Part shown: positions 13,185 through 26,700 of the stretch, piece by piece
Numbering within the stretch: the first letter of the stretch is position 1
How the letters are laid out: each line of letters begins with the position of its first letter
Assembly: GCA_964035545.1 (NCBI GenBank)
Contig: OZ037768.1
Span: 16,103,875-16,167,874 of the forward strand
Reading direction: 5' to 3'
Length of the DNA: 64,000 nucleotides
DNA from: Bugula neritina
Taxonomy: Eukaryota > Animalia > Bryozoa
Notes under the pieces: model-generated
What the model was told of the DNA's origin: nothing
The model's input: only the letters and a program-made list of their open reading frames with translations
The model's database searches: none
Position numbers and translations under genes: made by a program

Positions 13185-14244
13185 AGCTGCAATTTTAAAA
13201 GATGGAAATTACAATACAAGAACAATGTTAATGTAGAAGTTGTAATGGTTTATATCACAAAAATGACAGTCTTAAAGAAGGTAGCTTAGGTTTGTAGGCA
13301 ACAGGTAATTGCGGGATTCGTAAAAAATACGTGCCTGTATCATTTACTGCGCTGGCTAGTTTATAGCATCATTTGACCTTGATATCCAACATGATAGCAT
13401 TGCGAAGATAACTCTCTACACATTTGATTAGTACTGCATCTTTATGAAATATGTAGTTGTTTTTCACAATTCACAAAATTTGTTATAAGTTATAACAGTT
13501 GCGAGAGAATTTGAAGTTGCAATAAGATTACAAAAGATAGACTATATTTATATGATTCAATGGTTTAACACCATTTGTAAATTGTAAGCTCAGTATACTC
13601 TATTCAATAATTGATAATATTTGAAGTACATGTCAAGCAAGCCATGAAGATCTGGTAACAGTCGGACAACAAGCAGTTACTGAACAATGGCAAAAAAGAA
13701 TTGGGCTATGAATTGAGAAAATAGAAAATCTTCGAACACAAAAATGGGCCAGCGTATTTTGAGACAACCTATTACTTTTAAATGAACAATCGTTCCCGTA
13801 TGCTTGCAACCAGATCGTTTATGACATTCTTTTAACCCAATATACTAGAAAAAATTAATCAACTTCCTTACCGTTTTGCTAGACAACCCAGCTCAGGATT
13901 GCCACGATTAACTTTTTTTGAGCATTCCTTCAAGGTGATGTATATTGGAACTTCATTATATGGCGATTATGACAGGATTATAAAAGCTTTAATGTTTCTA
14001 TGCAACCGCTATCTAAGTGTATTAAATTACATTGTATAAAAACATAGTGGCCTTTGACTTAATTATCACAGATTAGTATTATAATCTTTTGAGTTACAAT
14101 TTTGTATTTATACCTAAAACTTACATGTATAGGATTGTTTATAGCAAATAATATATTTTTATTATTTCTTACATTTTGAAATTATATTAAATAATCATAA
14201 TGTGCTTACTTATTGGTCTGAAGCGATGATTTCGAAAATTATAT

Positions 14245-14353
14245 ACATATATATATATACATGATGTATATATATATATGTGTGTGTATATACATGTGTA
14301 TACATGTGTATATATGTGTATATATATGTGTGTACATGTGTGTGCTCGTGTGT
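14245..14353. repeat. (TA/TG)n compound microsatellite
   Basis: Runs of tatata, tgtgtg and tacatgtg. Confidence 0.85.
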
Positions 14354-15626
14354 TACTTAACTGCATCTTTTGATTTTGCTTTTGTAAAAGTATTAAATGT
14401 AGGCTATATATTATTATAAAACAAATAAACTTTACTGTAATTGAAATTGAGTCTATTCTTGATATTATAAAAAGTTCTTTCTGCTACAGCTTAGTATTGG
14501 TGATATGCTTCCTGTATCTTTTCTCTCAATCACTGAAAAAAATAATGTTTTAGCTAAATAACTTTGTTGCAGCTCAATAGCATCGATATTGGAAAATGGC
14601 TTTCTAGAACTCAAAAATATCTTAAAAGTTCCCTCTTTTGAATATACATCAATGCTTGTTATGCTACTAATAACCCCAAACTCAATAACAGAAACTTGCC
14701 CTTTTAGTGTATTAGTCAGCACGTGGCGACACATATTGATAAAGTATTTACACTATAGCCTGATGATATTTGATACTCCTGTATATAATACACCGTACAG
14801 TAATGTTATGTTTTTTACTCCCTGCACTACAGCTGATACTATTGTTTCATCTGCAAAATTGAAGAACCACTGATGATTGAAGCTGTTGTTGATTGCCCTG
14901 CAATGATGTTACTTCTTGTCTTTGATAGCCTTTGCTAACTTAATCCATGGTAATTATGTTTTGGTTGGTATTAGGAGTTAGAAATTTTAAACAAATCATA
15001 TCTTTTTTAACTGGATAGCTATTATAAAGCTATTCACTTTGCTTCACTATCTTACTTCGCAAAAGAGAAAAATGCCAAAATATTGTTAGAATTATAACTA
15101 TTGATACGCGGCCACCTGAAGAACCGAATTGATTTTATTAGTTTCAGCTAAAGCTCTGTAAAAAAACTTACATGAAACTAAGATAATGTTATAAAATATA
15201 AAAATATTGATGTTGGGTTCTAAGAATACCAAAAGAAACTAGCATCTTTGTCTAAATTATTTCATGTAAAACATAACATCTTTGATGGTAAAAATAGTTA
15301 TAAAAACATTCATGCAACCTTTTCGGTTGATCTGAATTTTTAATTGAGTTCAGCAAAACCTTATAACTTCCCCAGAAAAAAGAAACTTCACAGTAAAATG
15401 CTTTTTCTAAAATGTAAGTAATTAATACAAATGTATATTAACTTTTGATGTACACGTGCATGTTCACACAATGTTTTACATTTAAAAAAATCGTACAGCA
15501 TTAAAATAAACTACCAATCAAATAGAATAAAAGCCAATAGGCCAATATAAATAGCTTTATACTTTAATGCTATACACCATCAAATTATTTTAAATATGAT
15601 TTTCATTCCCAGACCAGTTGAAAATA

Positions 15627-16835
15627 TTATTCAGCAGGCTTAGAGCGTGACTTGAGTCTATCACCTGACTCAGACATGCTCTTTTCCCATTCAGAGCCTT
15701 TGAAAACTTCAAATATGACCTTTTTAACTGTTCCTGGATCTAAGCAGTGGGGCATAACTCCTAAAACAAAATCACCAATGCTTGCTTAAAAATATTGCAT
15801 TTAGCACTAAACTTGACCATGTTCTTACATAACGGTAGGGTAAAATAATCTAATAAACTCACTCATGCAAGTTTATAATTGCTATCCCTGTGAGAAACCC
15901 CTGATAGAAAAGGATTTTGTTAGAACAGGCTAAGGACTTGTTTAGATGATGCACAGGAGCAACTATAAATGAATGCTCTTCCTAACATCATCAATGGCCT
16001 TTGTCGGGTTTGAACCCATGACTTCGTGTCCACAAAGCAAACGCTTTAACCCCTAGACCACGGCTGCTCCCTTAAAATAATCTAATGCAAATAATACATT
16101 TGTGTAACAGAAAGTTGATTCCAATACAGTAAGTAATATTTGTTACGGAATGAAATTATTATATAACTCACCATAGCCATCTGGATTAGACCTGGGTATA
16201 TAGAAGCTCTGTACACCACACACCTTGCAGAAAAGATGCTTAGCTTTATGGGTTTTGAATGTGTATTCAGTTAAACTCTCTTTACCCTATAAACAAAATT
16301 GAATAATTAAAAACTACACACAAATGCAACAAAAATAGTACACAGAATATTAATTATTTAGCGGCAAAAAAAATCCATGTGGAACATATTTGTTGAATAG
16401 CTACCAACTGTTAAAATCAAGTTGCTAAGTATTATGCTGTGAAGCTTTATTAATAAAACTATAAATCATACTATTACCTGTAACAGAGTAAAACTTTTAG
16501 CAGGAACTATAAAGTGATTGTTTTGTTTTTTAGTGCAGATGGAACAACTAAAATATAAATAAAAAAAAAGTTTGAGCCAATATATTAATATTTTAGTGCT
16601 TGAATAGGAGTTTGTGAATGAAGTTTTATACATCTTTTTCATACGATTACTCCAATAGTAATATTAGATTGAGAACATCAATTATTTGTATTTCTAGAGT
16701 TATTGATAATAGCAAGACTGTTAGCAAAAGTCATGATACTTACTCACACTGAACAACCTCAATCACTTCGGGTGCAAGCACTTGAAAACGAACTGCACCA
16801 CAGTGGCATCCACCGAAGTGTACTACTGACTCCAT
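15627..16835 (-). CDS. CENPV: Centromere protein V-like (GFA/CENP-V zinc-binding domain), 4 coding exons, 136 aa
   Basis: Exons 16744-16835, 16478-16547, 16172-16286, 15627-15760, phases consistent (411 nt). Protein MESVVHFGGCHCGAVRF...CDCSICTKKQNNHFIVP...[38 protein letters not shown]...WEK has all GFA cysteines. A splice acceptor at 16851 implies an upstream non-coding exon. Confidence 0.95.
15855..16072 (-). mobile_element. Full-length tRNA-derived SINE, family A (copy 3), with 14-bp TSD, in CENP-V intron
   Basis: Minus strand has A box tggtctaggggtt, B box gggttcaaaccc and core gatgttaggaagagcattc. Flanked by taaaataatctaat at 15841-15854 and 16073-16086. Confidence 0.92.
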
Positions 16836-17230
16836 AATGCCTGCCTCAAACTAAAGTTAAAACACACAGGTACAATACTTAAGTACCTCAATTATTTCTA
16901 TTTCAATTTCAATTTAAAGCTAGACAAAATAAAATGATCAGCAAGATTGTGAATGGCACTAAACTTTGCTTAGAAGATTATCTGACGACAGATTTGGTTA
17001 CTAAATTGTATGTAATGTGCATGTAGCGAGGTGGGTACTATTATGAAACTACTCACTGATGCTCCTTTTGGTAATACAATGTGCTAGCAATAAAACAGCA
17101 AGAAAGGTTGGTAGTTTATGTGCATAGTATCAAAACAACCAACATACTGACAAAAACTAGAGAAAATTACTATAATTGAAATCATATCAAAACTCCAGTA
17201 AAATACATAGGTCATTATACTTGATTTAGT

Positions 17231-17412
17231 ACACACTATATCTCTAGTTTTTAGCCATTTTTCACAGTTTAGCTGCTAATGTATACAGTTTTTTGCAGTA
17301 AACTGATGAGCTATTAACAAATACAACTGAATAAGCAAGGTTGTTTTAGAATTTTGCTTGATTCTCTATATTTTATCCTAACTTTTTAGTAATTTGGGTG
17401 TGCAGGCGTAAT
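17231..17412 (+). repeat. Dispersed repeat fragment (second copy at about 59850-60035)
   Basis: The two loci share tttttagc(c/t)atttttcacagttta...gctgctaatgtata...aacaaataca(a/g)ctgaataa. Confidence 0.75.
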
Positions 17413-18337
17413 GCTTTTTTCATACATATATGTATGTACCTATATACACATACATGTATATATCCTCTATTTTCTAAAAATGAAGTCCCTTCGATCTGTT
17501 AACTTAAACTGCATGCCACCAACCGCATCCTACTTCATAGAACACGTCAAACTGGAAGACTTCATTTTAGATTTAAAGTTGTCTCAAAGCCAGATCTTAA
17601 GAACTTTTATATGGAACTGGAGCACTTTAAAACACTCCCTGTGATCATGTCCAATGAAGGCAACTGCCCATTTGAAACTGAGAACAATATTAAAGCATCA
17701 ATTTTTAAATTGAATATACCATGTCTTGTCATCTCTGACAGATTTCAATACTCTTGTGAACATATATATGCATGTACTGTACATGTATGTAGTACATACA
17801 TACTAGCATACAAAGACGCACACCTACAGTCTGCTGCTAATAGATTGGATTCTTTGAACTTATCCAAAGGTCTGTTGACCCCAACACTAATACTTAAAGG
17901 GAGGAAGCTATTGCTTGTAACAAAGATAAAGCTAGGTTATCCTTTTGCAGGCTCTTGTTAGTGCCTAGGCTTCTGTTATTCACTACCTCTCCAGAGGTTG
18001 GAGATAGGGTTTAATCTGTGGTTTAGTATGAGATAATTTCCATCGACATAAGTATATGTAATACTATAATAGGTACTAGTAGGCATCATAAAGTTAAACT
18101 GTAGAATTTGCTACAGCCTCCAAGTTGACTCAACTTGAAACAGTTCAAAGCGTTTTTGCTTGCCTTCTTGGTTCTTCATGAATCTCACGACATGATATGA
18201 ATAATAAAATCATATGACATTAACTAATACTATACTATAAATACTACTAATACTACAAAAGAAGTAAGAATGCATATGACAAACTACTTGCTGCTTCCCT
18301 TTGCCGATTTGCAAAGAAAATCTTGAGGCAGATGAAA

Positions 18338-20050
18338 AAGCAATATATTGAAATTCAGGTGCGCAAACCACTTTGAGAGGGCAACAGCAGACTCTTCTGC
18401 AAGCATCTGAAAGGTACAACGAGCATAAGGAGTCAAATGCGGCTTGTTAAGCAAAATGAACAGCTCACCTCTCATTCCAAAGAATATGCAAACATGCTCA
18501 ACCATAATTATCACAGACAGTTCGCCTCAGGTCTTCAATCATTCATAAATAGCTCTAGCACTCACACAAGAGTTCCCGATGCATCTACCTTTGGAGTAGT
18601 GAAAATGATACAAGATTCAAAATACGGAAAAGCTCAAGGACCAAATGGCCTTTGAAAAACCGATCTGAACATAGAAATAAAACAAACTGCTGCCTGTCTC
18701 AGTCATATATGTAAAGTTTCTCCCACATCTGGAAGGCCTTTATTAGAACAGCCAACATCTCACGTCTTCACAAGTCAGGGAACACAGACAACATCAACAA
18801 CTATCGACCCATTTCACTGACAAGTATTCCTTCTAGGATGTTGGAGCATTTGGTACTGAGAAATCTGCTGGGAAACATTGACACAAAGCTAAACAGTTGT
18901 CAGCAAAAATGAAGAAAAGGATTTTTTTGTGAGACACAAATTTGTACAACTATGCACGTTGTACTCCATTTTACAAATACACACAAAACTGTTTATGCAG
19001 CTGCTTTAGACTTTACTAAAGCATTCGATCAAGTGCCTCATGCCCTTCTAATAAAAAAGCTTTCAGATATTGTGAATTTGGATGAATACATCCTACACTG
19101 GATAGAAAACCTTCTAGCCAAACGTACACAGCAAGTGGTGTTGCAAGGTCATGCCTTAGACCCATTAGCAGTTACCTCAGGTGGACCACAAAGATTGGTC
19201 ATGGAACCAACACTTTTCCTCATCTTTATTATTGACCGAACTTAGTGTCTTGATTGCTCGTGTGTCTTGTTTTCTAATGGCACCATTGTCTACCAAGAAA
19301 TAGCCTCATTGAGTGAGTGCAGTATGCTCCATTGAAATCTAAATTCTCTTAGTGCGAGGTCAAAAAAGTGGGGTATGTCATTCAACATCTCTAAGAGCAA
19401 AATAATATTTTTCAACTCTGTAGGCAATACTTCCAATTACAAGTTAAATGGATCATTGCTATATCATTTAGATTCTACAAAATACCTGGGGGTCACACTG
19501 CAAGCAGATTGCAAATTCAATAAACATACATTAAATAAAATACTAGGGGCTAGAAGACAGTTGGGTATGGTTCAAAGAGTTCTCTACTGAGCCCCGAAAA
19601 AAGTACGATGGATTGCGCACAAAGTATTGTGTCTACCACACCATGAGTAGGCCTATGCCATCGCAGCTTGGGTCTCAACCTGCAAGGATATTTCTGACTT
19701 AGAAATGACACAAGTGAATGCTGCACGATTTATAACCAATATTGAACGCTAAGAAAATGTCAAATGTGCCATGAATAAATTCTGCCTACAGCCCATTGTA
19801 CAAAGAAAAGAAACCAGACGTTTTATTCTCCTTCTGAAGATTCAGCAAAACAGAACAACATCCGGCTTCTAGCTCTGCCTATAATGACCGGCTGAACAAG
19901 CCAACAAACAGCACTATTCAGACTTGCTCCCAAGCAAGAGACAACCGGATCAGTGAGTGCTAACAGTACCAAGTACCTTAACAGCTTTCTCCCAAGGATT
20001 ATCGAAATTTGAAAATTGGTCACAATCAAGGCAATAACTCGGATATCTCC
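18338..20050 (+). mobile_element. Degenerate, 5'-truncated non-LTR retrotransposon ORF2 (CR1/L2-group-like reverse transcriptase)
   Basis: Motifs KAQGPNG, NNYRPISLTSIPSRMLEH, LDFTKAFDQVPH, VTSGGPQ...EPTLFLIFI, WGMSFNISK, KYLGVTL, NSFLPR. Several stops and frameshifts; the YADD-equivalent reads FSNG. Confidence 0.93.
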
Positions 20051-20244
20051 ACATAAACAGGATTAAGTTCCTGTTCAGTCAATACAACCCAACCAGAACT
20101 TGCTGTATAATTGTTGGTCAATGACTGTCCAACACATTACTCATATGCGACACACCCCTTCCTCCTTCTAGGGCAGTCCAGTATGAACTATGATGATCAT
20201 TTCGATGAGAAACGTATTGATTAATTTTAAATACCGATAATGAT

Positions 20245-21000
20245 AAATACTAATAGCAATACAATTAGTCTTACAGTATGAGTATGACTATCACAATGAG
20301 TATCAATATTACTATTAGTATGACTATAAGTATAGCTATAACTTAGTTATAGTTATAGTTATTACTATTACTATTAGTATTAGTTATTACTATTAGTATT
20401 AGCATAAGTAATACTAATACTAATAGTAATACTAATAAGACTAATAGTAATACTAGTAATACTGTAATACTAATAGTAATACTAATGGCAATAGTTAAAG
20501 TAAATTACAATTGTAATACCAAGTCCAAGAATAATACTAATACTCAGTATTACAAATAGTAACCGAATTGTTGTAGAGACATTACACTTACTGCTAGTGT
20601 TAGTGTTACGCTTATGACCTACACTTATAGTTATATTTATAGTAATACTAATACTAAATCTAATAGTAATAGTTATAGTAATACTAATAGTAATAGACTA
20701 ATGGATTAAATAGTTATTGTTATTTAATTTTATTGTTAAACTTAATAACTATAACATTAGACTATAAGTATAACTATAACTATAAGTAATAAGTATAACT
20801 AAGTCTAATAACTATAAGTATAACTCAATAACTATAAGTTAATATTATCATTATGCATGGTGCTAGAATTATGAATTACTTATTGCTACTAAGCAGTAAG
20901 AATAAGAATGATAACACAAATATGAATAGTCATACTGTCACTAGCAGGTCAATAACAAATATTACGTATTATAATTATTTATATTGAATTATATGCATTT
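20245..21000. repeat. AT-rich low-complexity tract of ACT/AGT/AAT triplets with internal inverted repeats
   Basis: Example: tattactattagtattag (20385-20402) and ctaatactaatagtaata (20415-20432) are reverse complements. Confidence 0.85.
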
Positions 21001-21079
21001 TAGAAGCAGATGCATTGCCCATTGCGGTTACCCAATCGTGCCAGAGGTATTTGTAGTAACAAGTCGAAGTAGGCTTTTT

Positions 21080-22065
21080 TATAAGCAGCTCAACGTTTGG
21101 GGTGACTGAGTGCAGTAGTTTAAATTTCTAGAATTGGTAACTTGGGTTGAACCGTTGAGTCAAGTTCAAGTTTGAGAACCATTGAACTATCACCGGCTTT
21201 CCATGTACCGATCTCAGATCGATCTCGCTGAGATCGATCCATGGAAAGACGCTAAAGATCGATCTCAGTCGTTCTGAGCTGGTCGGTCTGTAGAGCTCGA
21301 ACTCAGATCGATCTCAAGGCAATAAGGTCATGGAAAGACGAAAGTTCGATCTGAGAAATAGAAAAATACTGTTCGCTAAAATGTCGCCGCTAATAAAAAT
21401 GATAATTTATTGGTAATTACTAAGCAAATTGCTTAATAATTACTATAGCCACATTTTCAGATGCCAAAACTTTGACTTTCAGTACTATGATTAAACAAAC
21501 TCAATTATATAAAATTATAGACGGTAGAAGGTGGAAAAAGTAGGAGCATTTAAATTGAATTTAAATGGCTAGTAAAACTTACTTTCATTAGTTATTTGCT
21601 GCTTATTTTTAAGCCCAATAGTCCTGTAAGTTTATGAATAATCTGCACAACAGCTATTAATTTTATATAAGCTGTCAAACTAAAATATTAAAATGAATTA
21701 TCTTAAGTTGGCTAAATTGCTTCTTACTAAAAGCTTTACTGCGTAGAGTTTATAGCTGGCACTGAATTTTAGACTATGGAAATTTTGTTTTTTCAAAAGC
21801 ATTAGCTTGAATCACCCAGGTGGGTTAAAAAATATAATATTAAAGTACTCTTCACTTAAGAGGAGGCAACTCCGCTAGATCGATCTGACACTCTCATGGA
21901 AAAACGATCGATCTGATCAGCACATTTCTCAGATCGATCTCAGCGAGATCGATCTGAGATCGGTACATGGAAAGCCGGTGAATAACTATTAAAAAATAGT
22001 TTCAGTTCAGTGTTGAGAACTTTAAACTACTGCACTCAGTCACTCTCGACTCGAAGCTGCTTATA
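21080..22065. mobile_element. Outer MITE (about 45-bp imperfect TIR) interrupted by a second MITE
   Basis: tataagcagct...gtgactgagtgcagtagtttaaa (21080-21124) versus tttaaactactgcactcagtcac...agctgcttata (22021-22065). Confidence 0.8.
21191..21980. mobile_element. Young non-autonomous DNA transposon (MITE) with perfect 49-bp TIRs and AGATCGATCT subterminal repeats
   Basis: caccggctttccatgtaccgatctcagatcgatctcgctgagatcgatc (21191-21239) is the exact reverse complement of 21932-21980. No ORF inside. Confidence 0.93.
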
Positions 22066-22359
22066 GAACAATTTAATGTACGCGAGTAAAGTTGTAGACT
22101 GTAATTCTATGTTGTTGATGTGGAGTATTAATTGCGGTGGGAGCAACCTACTGAGGCTTTTCGTAATGTTCCTTGGGTCGGAAGTTGAATTTTGCTACCT
22201 TTATACAACCTTGACAAAACTTGCATCGGCTTGACAAGTAGATGAGAATTTAAAATTACTAGAGTAATATTATTTAACCTTTAAAAATCGCCAGATAAAA
22301 CGCGATGGTTCAATTGAATTTTAAACGCAGTTAAATTTAAGGATTAATAATAATAGACT

Positions 22360-23710
22360 CAATCAACTAGTACTACAACTGCTGTAACTGTAAGTGTTAG
22401 TCTATAAGATTGAGTATTACATTTTGATTTGCTAAAAGTAAAAGTAAATGATGAATCAGATTTACAATTAGTATTACTCATTTACTGAATTACTGAATTA
22501 GTATTACTAGTTTAACTTTCCAAGTATTAGTATAGCTGCCTCTAATAGCAATACTAACAGTAATGCTAAAACTATGAGTATAGGACTAATATAAATATTA
22601 CTAAGTATAAAATTAAGTATAAGACATAAGCTGAGGTATAACTAATAGTAATACCAATAGTAATAGTAATAGTAATACTATTAGTATTAGTATTAGATTT
22701 ATTTTTACTTTTACTTTTAGTCGTAACCTAAACTATAAGTATAACATCAACATTAACTTAAGCTATTTCTATGAACTAAATTTAAATTGAAGTGTCAGTA
22801 TGAGTATCAGTATAACTTATACTAATACTATTGTCTATTGCTGGTAGTGGTACTAATAGCAATACAATACTTATAGTAATAGTCACTATAATACTGTCAT
22901 TATAATACTATAATAATATTAATAGTGAAACTTATCTTATACTTATAGTTATAGTAATTGCTAATTATTATTATAGTTATAGTTATACTAAGTCGAATAC
23001 TAACTGTCTAATAGTAATACTAATAGTAATAATAATAGTAATGATAATAGTATTACTATTACTGTTGGTATATGTGTTACTATAACTTAAACTATAGTCA
23101 TAGTGAATGTGGCAGTACTAGTAATAGACTAACAGTTATACTTTTACTATGTTAATAATCTGTAGAATATAAATATAACTATAAGTATAAGATTAAGTAT
23201 AACTATAAGTATCACTATTACTATTAGTATTACTATTAGCAATATTATTACTATAAAATCATGTGTCTAAGTTAAGTAGTAAAGTATAGGGCATAACTGT
23301 AGTATAAGTATATGACTAGTAGTATTACTACAATTGCAAAAAACTTTACTGATTACTTATACACATAGTCATTACCTATAATTTACAATTACTGTATTTT
23401 ACATATTAATATAATGGAATAATATTAATAATGACACTTAATCTTATAGTTATAGTAGTTACTATTAGAATTGGTATTGCATTTGTATTATTATTACATG
23501 TCATATGCAGTATAACTTTATAATAATATACTTCTAACAGTTCTTAGTATCACCTTTTAATTTCAATTTGTAGTAGTAGAGCCAGATTGAGATGGAAACT
23601 ATTATAAGAGTAAGACTAAGCATTGCTGTTAGTAGTTGTATTTAGTCCACTTTAGTTAATCAGCACTATTATTTGACCATTATTATCACTTAGTCTATAA
23701 CTATTAATAT
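22360..23710. repeat. AT-rich low-complexity ACT/AGT/AAT triplet tract
   Basis: Dominated by aatagt, tattac, actata and agtata words on both strands; nearly CpG-free and without ORFs. Confidence 0.85.
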
Positions 23711-26700
23711 AAGATCAGCATCGTTGTGCAGTTTAGCTCACTTTTTAAAGCTTGGAGCACTCTGTTAATTTGAGGTGCAAAATTCATTGCCTTGTGTCGC
23801 TTTTGTTTTGGATCTGTATTACATGCAATGTATGAAGCTCTAGCATGCTGCTATGTTAAGTTTTTATGTGGAGATGTAATGTCTTCAGACATTTAATATT
23901 CTGGGAAGAAGCTATAGCGAAAGACTATTGATGATAAAAATGAATGTTGGCTCTCTCATTTTATCAGATTAAGATCAAGTTTGATATTGTTAGGCTGCAT
24001 CATCAGCTTACAACAGCATTTATTGCCATTATTTCTTTGAGAGTCTTCAATAAATAATATTCTATGATCTTTCAGAAGAAGCTTAGCATGAGCAAACCAT
24101 CCCTACAAACCAAATTTTGTTCAATCAACAGAGAAATAGCCATAATCTCTATAAATTCTGCTTTTGTTACTAGTGTACCTATACTAGTGTCAGTAACCTA
24201 CTATAGGTACCTAGTACGCTGCAGATCTAATGCTAGCGAAAAAATATTGATAGCTAATATAAAATATATTATCATATAATTGTAAGCACATTTATTTCAG
24301 TCCAACATTTATTACAGCTCAACATAAACTGGACTTGCCCATGGTGATACTCAGAATTTCAGCTGGGATTGTGGCTATGATTATTATAGTAAGGATGGCG
24401 ATATTAATTGTAATGGTCACACTCATTAACTATCAGCAATAGCCTTTTGGCTTTATTTTATGAATTATTTGGCTTTTTAACTATTTGAATTTTTAATTTT
24501 AGTCATAGTATAGTATATTTATACATTAATAGTTTTTTAATAATTATCTATACAAGTGAGTATTGCTACTAATACCAACTGAAATTTATTTGAATTTTGG
24601 TACTTTTAATACTGTTATAGTTAGGGTAGATCACCATGGAAACGCATGCAAGTGTACTACTGATAGATTTTGCTTTAGGTCTAGGTATTTAGATTAGTAT
24701 CTTTACTTATAAATCGAATTATAAGTTTTTAATCAATATGTATGGCAAATTAATATGTAAAGCTAGGTGAAATTCACAACATTCTGAGTAACACAACAGT
24801 GGTAGCCACCAATTAGCAAGTATGGTTGATATTGCTTAACTCCTATTACTATTATGATAGATTCAATATATAGATTGCAAGTGCCACATCTCAACCCACC
24901 ATCTTTAAACTTTTTCAACCATCTCACATACGCATTCTGTGCCACGTCATATGGTTATGAGAAGAACCTTGGTTGAAATTAAAAATAATTAGATGTCCAG
25001 CAATTTTGAAGTTGACAGATTTGATTGAGTTGGCTAGTTTATTTGTACCAAATAACTGTTAGCTGTTTTTATTTAGATGCACAAGTCTGAATTTTATTGC
25101 TAAATGTATTATAGCAGCAATACATTGTCATATATTTTATTTAAGTAACTAACAATATTGTTTAAATTCCAAAAATTAGAGAGGTAACTGGTAATAATTT
25201 TGTATTATTAAATAATCTTTATATCTGTAATAATTTTTCACTACGGTATAAACGCTAGTTCTTATATTGAGATGGCAGTTTACTACTATTGCCGCTAATG
25301 CTGCTATATAGCCCACTTATTCATAATCTTATCTTCATAAAATTATTGACCTATAAATTGCTTTCTGTTTGGATATCTTTATCAATTTCTTGTTCTGTTG
25401 GTCAAGTCCTAAGAGATATGGCAACAATATCATTCCGTTGACTCACTCACTTCTCTAAAAGAAAGGACAAGAGAAGGTAGAAATAGTAAAGTTTGATAGA
25501 GCTGTTGTAGATGTGATATACTAACTAGTTGCGAACATCAGACTGGTTGCTCTTTCTGGAAGTCTCTTAGTGAATATTTGTACTTGACCCCCTCTATGGA
25601 CTTTGTGCTAGCTAGAAGGAATTTACTATTTGTTCTACAGTTGAGTATGCAAGTTGTATTTTGTGCTTATTATTTATGGATTATGGACAACAGGTGTTGA
25701 CCCTATAGGAACAGTTCCAGCGATCACATGTGCCCTTCATGTATAGTTTAGTACAGTATAGACTATAGACTATAGACTATAGAGTGGAATCATTTTACAC
25801 ATCTACTGCAAGTACAGGACACCATCAATAATTTTTTTTTTTTATTAAAGTTATGAGTTGAAATTACATCCTACCTCACTAAAGTTTGAAAGGCTATACT
25901 TGTAAATAGTGCTGAATGGTAAGTTGAAGGTTTTTCAGATCTTTCAACACTTTGAATGTGCTGGTATGAAGAAATTAGTATTAAGAATATAACCTGTCAG
26001 TGGCTTCTATTTCATAGTTTAACTCATTGAAATATAAGTTATAACTCATTGGTTTGGCTATCCAAAAGAAGCGATATTTATTCTATTGTTTCCATGGTAG
26101 CCACTTGTTATGGTTGAGCATTTTAAAGTAAATACTCAGTTCCGACTCAAATCTGATATGATATGCATGTATATAGTGAATATCTGATCATTTAATGCTT
26201 TATCGCACTTTGTTTCTTTATCAAAATTAAGGACACAATCAGGTGCTAGTATGATTCTACTATTATCATATTGCTGAACTTTTCTGAAAGTCTTAGCTTC
26301 TGGGAAATAGTTACTAGTTACTTTGTAATCTTTACATTGTATATTTGTCCAGGAGTAATTCTCTGTTCTCATAGTAAGCTAGAAGTTGTTTTGTAGTATC
26401 TATTTTTCTAGTTTCATCTTTACCAGTATTGGAAACTATTATATTGGTATTTTAAGAATTTGTACAGCAATAATTAACTGCTTTAACTAAGAAGTTCTAG
26501 TTCCTCAGAGTTCTCTTTAGTTCTTGATTGAAGGACAGTGACTCTCTGCTGTCTGTCACTGGAGCGGTTGAACTTTGAATGTTTTGCACTGTGATCTCTT
26601 TACGTATTACAGTCATTCAAAGTCAATATTCTGCAGTGACATGCCTCCTGCCACAGAAAATTGTTGATTGCAGTATCTTGGGAATACAAGTGTTACTGCA

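Noticed and set aside
13380-14050. Possible decayed coding sequence divergent from nicalin
   Set aside because: Stops in all frames, no recognisable motif and no consistent splice pattern.
14465-14960. Minus-strand fragments (LLYGVIYRS, YVSPR) faintly like an APE endonuclease
   Set aside because: Too degenerate to support without a profile search.
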